NCBI GenBank assembly: GCA_963668025.2
Contig: CAXXTH010000010.1
Coordinates: forward strand, 1,312,001-1,376,000
From: Candidatus Hydrogenedentota bacterium
GTDB taxonomy: Bacteria > Hydrogenedentota > Hydrogenedentia > Hydrogenedentales > SLHB01
Reading direction: 5' to 3'
Length of the DNA: 64,000 nucleotides
This document shows positions 59,669 to 64,000 of the stretch, piece by piece. A program made the position numbers and the translations under genes. The notes beneath the pieces are model-generated. The model worked only from the letters and a program-made list of their open reading frames with translations. It ran no database searches and was not told the DNA's origin. Position 1 is the first letter of the stretch, and the number at the start of each line of letters is the position of its first letter.

Positions 59669-60568
59669 TTAATGGCCGTTCTTTTTCCACGGCGGCAGCT
59701 CGGGCAGATACGTGTCGAATTCGCGGATCAATTCCGCTTCATATTCGCCCGCGAATGTGCCCGCGAAGAACCGGTCGAGGCCTTCTTCATACAGACGTTT
59801 CCACGACTTGTCTTCATCGCCCGGAAGGATGGGGAAGAAGAGTGCGCCATTGCCCCGCGCTGCTTTCATATCGCCCGGCGCGTCGCCAATCATGAGCATG
59901 TTCATTTTTTCGTAGCGCCCTTCCGAGGCGTAGCCGATATGCTGCGTCTTTGTGCCCATTTCCTGCCCCGCGATGGCGAAGACATACTCGGCGAGGCCTT
60001 GCTCTTCCCATTCGCGCACGAGGGCCTCCGTGGGCGTCTGTGAACAAACCAGCATGTCCGCCTTATCTTGAGCTTTTTGCAGGCATTCACGCACATAAGG
60101 GAACGGCGGAAGGCCTTTGTCCACGATATCCGCCACCGATACATTCACGGCTTTGCTCCAGCGCAAGGTTTGGTGCATGACCGGATCATCGTGTTCTTTG
60201 CAATATGCCTCGAGGGCGGGATTGCCCAGTTTGGATTCCTTTTCGACCCATGCCCGCAGCGAGGGCACATCAGGGGCCTTAATGCCGCGCTCTTGCACTT
60301 TGTCCCAATCGTTCAGCAGGTCGAAGGTCATCAGGATCGCTGGAAAGCGGTTGCAGCCGCGCCATTTCGAGTAGAGGTTCACGAACTCCGCCGCCGCGCG
60401 CGCATATTTCGACACGGTTTGGAGCTCCCAATGCTTGATGATGTTCGGGATGAAACATTCCTTGTGCTTGATCTCCATCGTATCGAAGGCGCAGCCGTCC
60501 GAATCAATGGCGATTAAGAATTGGTGTTTGGGCTGGTGGTTCTTCAGAACTGCTACGGGGTCGCTCAT
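59669..60568 (-). CDS. HAD-family hydrolase
   Basis: IDSDGCAFDT motif I; GQEMGTK; MIGDAPGD motif IV. Confidence 0.88.
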   Translation of the reverse strand: MSDPVAVLKNHQPKHQFLIAIDSDGCAFDTMEIKHKECFIPNIIKHWELQTVSKYARAAAEFVNLYSKWRGCNRFPAILMTFDLLNDWDKVQERGIKAPDVPSLRAWVEKESKLGNPALEAYCKEHDDPVMHQTLRWSKAVNVSVADIVDKGLPPFPYVRECLQKAQDKADMLVCSQTPTEALVREWEEQGLAEYVFAIAGQEMGTKTQHIGYASEGRYEKMNMLMIGDAPGDMKAARGNGALFFPILPGDEDKSWKRLYEEGLDRFFAGTFAGEYEAELIREFDTYLPELPPWKKNGH

Positions 60569-60617
60569 GATAGTTTCTTCCCTTTCTTTTTTTGATGAAA
60601 TTAAGAATGCGCTTCTG

Positions 60618-61022
60618 TCATAACTGTTTATACATTTCTAACAGCCAGTCCCTCATGACGGGGGTATAGGATGAAATGCGTTTCGCGAGTTCTTCAGCGA
60701 GCAATTCATTATAAGTATGCACGGCAAGATTCCGATCATCCGCCATCTGCATAGCCAGATCTTGTGAAGAGCGGTTAATAAGGCCATTTTGCAGGCATGC
60801 CCTCACGATTTCTTTGGGAGAGGCGAATGCTTGCCCATACGCTTGGCGCAATACGGTTTGCGCTGCTTTCCAAATTGCTTCGAACGTAAAGATAAACCGA
60901 AGAATGGCGGCATCCCGGGAACGATTATCGTCATCGTTGGGGATAGGCTCAAGAGGCAGAGCCCTTTCGAGCGCCTCTAAAGCTGTTTTTGCGGTATCTA
61001 GCCGCTTCACCATTATTTCCAT
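60618..61022 (-). CDS. HEPN protein (HI0074 family)
   Basis: RDAAILRFIFTFEAIWK, SPK and RNLAVHTY motifs. Confidence 0.9.
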   Translation of the reverse strand: MEIMVKRLDTAKTALEALERALPLEPIPNDDDNRSRDAAILRFIFTFEAIWKAAQTVLRQAYGQAFASPKEIVRACLQNGLINRSSQDLAMQMADDRNLAVHTYNELLAEELAKRISSYTPVMRDWLLEMYKQL

Positions 61023-61303
61023 CGAATGCCTTCCTTGATGACGGCGTCGCGAAAATCCGCACTCGTGCTCGAAAGGTCTATCACATCCGCGAAATACGGG
61101 ATGTCGCTTTCTTCTAATGCGGAGCGGATGGCTGGCATCACGCTCATAGGCATAGGGCCCTTCGGCAGCACCGCGATATCAATATCGCTTGCGCGATCAT
61201 CTTCTCCCCGGGCCGACGAGCCGAACAGATACGCCTCGGCGTCATGGCCTTCCAGCGCCGATAGCACCAGGGCCTTGGCCTTTTCGATATACTTGGAATC
61301 CAT
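61013..61303 (-). CDS. Minimal nucleotidyltransferase (MNT antitoxin-like)
   Basis: LFGSSARG..SDIDIAV, IPYFADVIDL and EGIRW motifs. Confidence 0.9.
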   Translation of the reverse strand: MDSKYIEKAKALVLSALEGHDAEAYLFGSSARGEDDRASDIDIAVLPKGPMPMSVMPAIRSALEESDIPYFADVIDLSSTSADFRDAVIKEGIRWK

Positions 61304-61311
61304 GGCGCGAA

Positions 61312-62142
61312 TTATACGCCCGAAAACGCGCTGAATCCGCCGTCGATGGGCACCACGATGCCCGTGACGAATCGCGAGGCGTCTGACGCCAGCCAAATGG
61401 CTACGCCGATCAAGTCTTCCGGTTTCCCGAATTCAGCCATGGGCGTATGGGCGATGATGGTTTTTCCTCGCGGCGTCAGCTCTCCGGTCTTCTCATCGGT
61501 CAGCAAGAACCGGTTTTGATCCGTCAGGAAGAACCCCGGCGCGATGGCGTTCACCCGCAGCTTGGTGCTGTATTCCTGCGCCAAGTGTACGGCGAGCCAT
61601 TGAGTGAAGTTGCTGACGGCTGCTTTCGCCGCACTGTACCCCGGTATGCGTGTCAGCGGGCGCAGGGCGTTCATGGATGATATATTAATGATGCTCCCGC
61701 CTTCGGCCTGGTTTTTCATGCGGCGGCCAAAAACTTGGGAAGGCACGATAACGCCTCCGGTCAAGTTGAGATCGATGACTTTCTGAATCGCTTCGGCGGG
61801 GAGATCAAAGAAAGACTGCTCCGGAGAGGTCGTCACGCCCTTCATGTTGCCGCCCACGCAATTGAACAGGCTGTCTACTTTGCCGAAATCGTGGTAAATG
61901 GACTCGCAGCAAGCTTCAATGGACGTTTTTTCAAAGACATTCATCCCATAGGCGGCGGCTTTGCCCCCATCCGCCGTAATGGCGGCAGCCTTCGCCTTGG
62001 CGTTGTCAAGGGCTACATCAGCGATAGCCACGCTTGCGCCTGCGTGTGCAAGGCCGCGAGCGATGGCGCCGCCGAGTACGCCGCCGCCGCCAGTGACGAC
62101 GACTACCTTGCCAGTTAGATCAAAACATGAAGTATTTGCCAT
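61312..62142 (-). CDS. uxuB: SDR, D-mannonate oxidoreductase type
   Basis: TGGGGVLG, RPLTRIPGYSAAKAAVSNFTQWLAVH, APGFFLTDQNR and DGGFSAFSGV, characteristic of the SDR-type mannonate oxidoreductase group. Confidence 0.8.
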   Translation of the reverse strand: MANTSCFDLTGKVVVVTGGGGVLGGAIARGLAHAGASVAIADVALDNAKAKAAAITADGGKAAAYGMNVFEKTSIEACCESIYHDFGKVDSLFNCVGGNMKGVTTSPEQSFFDLPAEAIQKVIDLNLTGGVIVPSQVFGRRMKNQAEGGSIINISSMNALRPLTRIPGYSAAKAAVSNFTQWLAVHLAQEYSTKLRVNAIAPGFFLTDQNRFLLTDEKTGELTPRGKTIIAHTPMAEFGKPEDLIGVAIWLASDASRFVTGIVVPIDGGFSAFSGV

Positions 62143-62739
62143 GCTTGATGTTCTCCTTCATTAAGCAGACGTGGATATCCCGCCGCTTTTTGTAGCTTCT
62201 TCAGGAAGAGCGTATTCGTTTACCTCGCTATTCCCCGCCCGTTGCGCCAATCATTCCGAGAGCTTATGAAGCTGATACGCCTTGCCATTATGGCATCCGC
62301 ATCGCCTATAGTGCATGTATTGGGATTAAGCAAACTATACTAAAGATCACTACTGTTCAGTTCAACCTCGCTTTCGAGTACATTTTTTGCTTGAGCCAGC
62401 AGGTGTGGCCTTTGTACTGTTCGACTTTTTCCGTGCTAGTAGTGCTTTGTTTCTTTCAGATTTGAAGACGCCGGTGTTTGACCTGGTCTATACAGGATTT
62501 TTGGCATGGCCGGGCATTTGTAAAAATCTAAAGAGATGAACCAATAGATGAACCAATAGGGTCCTTTAAAATATCATCAGAATTGGCGGCCTATAGCGTT
62601 CTCTTTTTGATGTGGAGCAGAATTTTCTATAAATCATTCTATTCGTGAGTGGATTCATCGTGGTAAGATAGGCCACAGCCTATGTGGCGCGCACGGAATG
62701 AGCCGGCGCTACAGCCATAAACAGTGAGGGCCAGCAAGC

Positions 62740-64000
62740 ATGAACCACATGGAACAAGAACGATTGGCGGAAGCCGGAGAGCGTGTGAAGCATTGGCGGC
62801 GCTGGGGCCCATATCTTTCCGAACGCCAATGGGGCACGGTGCGTGAGGATTATTCGCCCGATGGCAATCCCTGGCAGTATTTGCCCTATGACAAAGCCCC
62901 CTTTTACGCCTATCGGTGGGGGGAAGATGGCATTGCCGGAGTGAGTGACAATCACCAGCGGCTATGTTTCGCCATTGCCCTCTGGAATGGGCAGGATGCT
63001 TTGCTCAAGGAACGCCTTTTCGGGCTCGATAATGCGGAAGGCAATCACGGCGAAGATGTAAAGGAATATTATTGGCATTTGGACTGCACGCCCACGCACT
63101 CGTATATGCGCTATCGCTATCGGTATCCCCAGCAAGCATTTCCATACCAGCAACTGCGCGAAGAAAACGGCCGGCGAGGACGGCGCCAGCCGGAATATGA
63201 ATTGGCGGATACGGGTATCTTCGATGAAAACCGCTATTTTGATGTGGATGTGGAATATGCAAAAGCCGATGCGAATGATCTGTTGATCCGTATTACGGTG
63301 AAGAATGCCGGGCCAGAGGCCGCCGTGCTGCATGTGTTGCCCTCCTTGTGGTTCCGCAATTCCTGGCGCTGGCGTCAAAACGTCCAAGCGCCCATCATTG
63401 AAAAGGCGGGGCTTAGCGGCGTACGTGCGGAACACCCGGAATTTGGCGTAGCTTTTCTCGATGCGTCGTGTGGGCCGCGATGGATTTTTACGGGAAACGA
63501 GACGAATCATGAACGCCTGTATGGCGCGCCCAATCCATGCAAATACGTGAAAGATGGTTTTCACCGGCTGCTTATTGATGGCGCTGAGGAGGCGGTGTCT
63601 GAGGATGCCGGTACGAAGTGTGCGGCGTGGTATGCGTGGAAATTAGCGCCGGATGAGCAGCGAATGGTCACGCTGCGTTTGCGTGAATATGATGCGGAAG
63701 CGCCCTTCGAAGGGCCGGAATTCACCCATGTGTTTGATGTGCGCCGGGCGGAATCGGAGGCGTTCTATGACAGCCTTATGCCGCCATGCGCAACGAAAGA
63801 ACGCCGCGCTATTGCCCGCCAGGCTTTTGATGGCATGTTGTGGTCTAAACAGTGGTACCATTTTATCGTCGAGCAATGGCTTGCGGGCGATCCCACCATG
63901 CCGCTTCCCGACCCGAAACGCGCCCATATCCGCAATGAAGAATGGCTGCATTTGTATAATGATGATGTGTTGTCCATGCCTGATAAATGGGAGTTTCCCT
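62740..64000 (+). CDS. GH63-like glucosidase (3' truncated by window)
   Basis: Read by hand from ATG 62740: WRRWGPYLSERQWGTVREDYS, YRWGEDG, LKERLFGL, GNHGEDVKE, MPDKWEFP; absent from the ORF track because no stop lies in the window. Confidence 0.88.
   Translation, partial: MNHMEQERLAEAGERVKHWRRWGPYLSERQWGTVREDYSPDGNPWQYLPYDKAPFYAYRWGEDGIAGVSDNHQRLCFAIALWNGQDALLKERLFGLDNAEGNHGEDVKEYYWHLDCTPTHSYMRYRYRYPQQAFPYQQLREENGRRGRRQPEYELADTGIFDENRYFDVDVEYAKADANDLLIRITVKNAGPEAAVLHVLPSLWFRNSWRWRQNVQAPIIEKAGLSGVRAEHPEFGVAFLDASCGPRWIFTGNETNHERLYGAPNPCKYVKDGFHRLLIDGAEEAVSEDAGTKCAAWYAWKLAPDEQRMVTLRLREYDAEAPFEGPEFTHVFDVRRAESEAFYDSLMPPCATKERRAIARQAFDGMLWSKQWYHFIVEQWLAGDPTMPLPDPKRAHIRNEEWLHLYNDDVLSMPDKWEFP

Noticed and set aside
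62534-62559. 12-bp tandem duplication AGATGAACCAAT x2
   Set aside because: Only two copies in an intergenic region; could be an operator but there is no supporting evidence
58219-62665. Pairing of the CACGAAT arm with ATTCGTG..CGTGGT near 62641 as ends of one element
   Set aside because: Match too short and degenerate
62962-63977. Minus-strand ORFs at the window end
   Set aside because: Antisense to the GH63-like gene on the plus strand

Overview
Bacterial chromosomal window of moderately high GC. The 'GCP' lipoprotein with PKD plus FGE-sulfatase domains and the overall gene content suggest a Candidatus Hydrogenedentes-like organism (inference). Layout: (1) end of an OPT-like/FtsX/ABC operon and two lipoproteins; (2) an intact two-gene IS upstream of a frameshifted dinB; (3) a ~17 kb exosortase/exopolysaccharide locus (sigma54 activator, wza, wzc, WecB/TagA-type GT, two giant TPR proteins, exosortase, wzm/wzt, GT2, GT-C-like protein); (4) nested palindromic repeats hit by an IS1380; (5) pal, two cpoB paralogues, a DUF1573-like gene and a UDPGP-family gene; (6) lipid kinase, purB, archaeal-type purO, an AT-rich SIR2 gene and gldA; (7) an IS-rich segment with a GH127 gene split by an ISKra4-like element and an IS4 nested in an IS5/IS1182-like element; (8) a two-gene cassette bracketed by a duplicated dehydrogenase 3' end; (9) a minus-strand sugar-acid operon (uxuB-type SDR, HAD, pdxB, LarA-family, PPi-PFK-family, gnd, 2-hydroxyacid dehydrogenase) interleaved with two HEPN/MNT modules and a 46-aa Cys/Trp-rich ORF coupled to a divergent pyruvate-kinase-like gene; (10) start of a GH63-like glucosidase. 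Five IS elements could be delimited by eye with terminal repeats and target duplications. No rRNA, tRNA or CRISPR array was seen. Best novelty candidates: the peptide plus PK-like pair, a possible mannonate-gluconate-6PG bypass, the 3'-duplication cassette and the periodic inverted-repeat elements. All protein calls come from motif recognition, not database searches.
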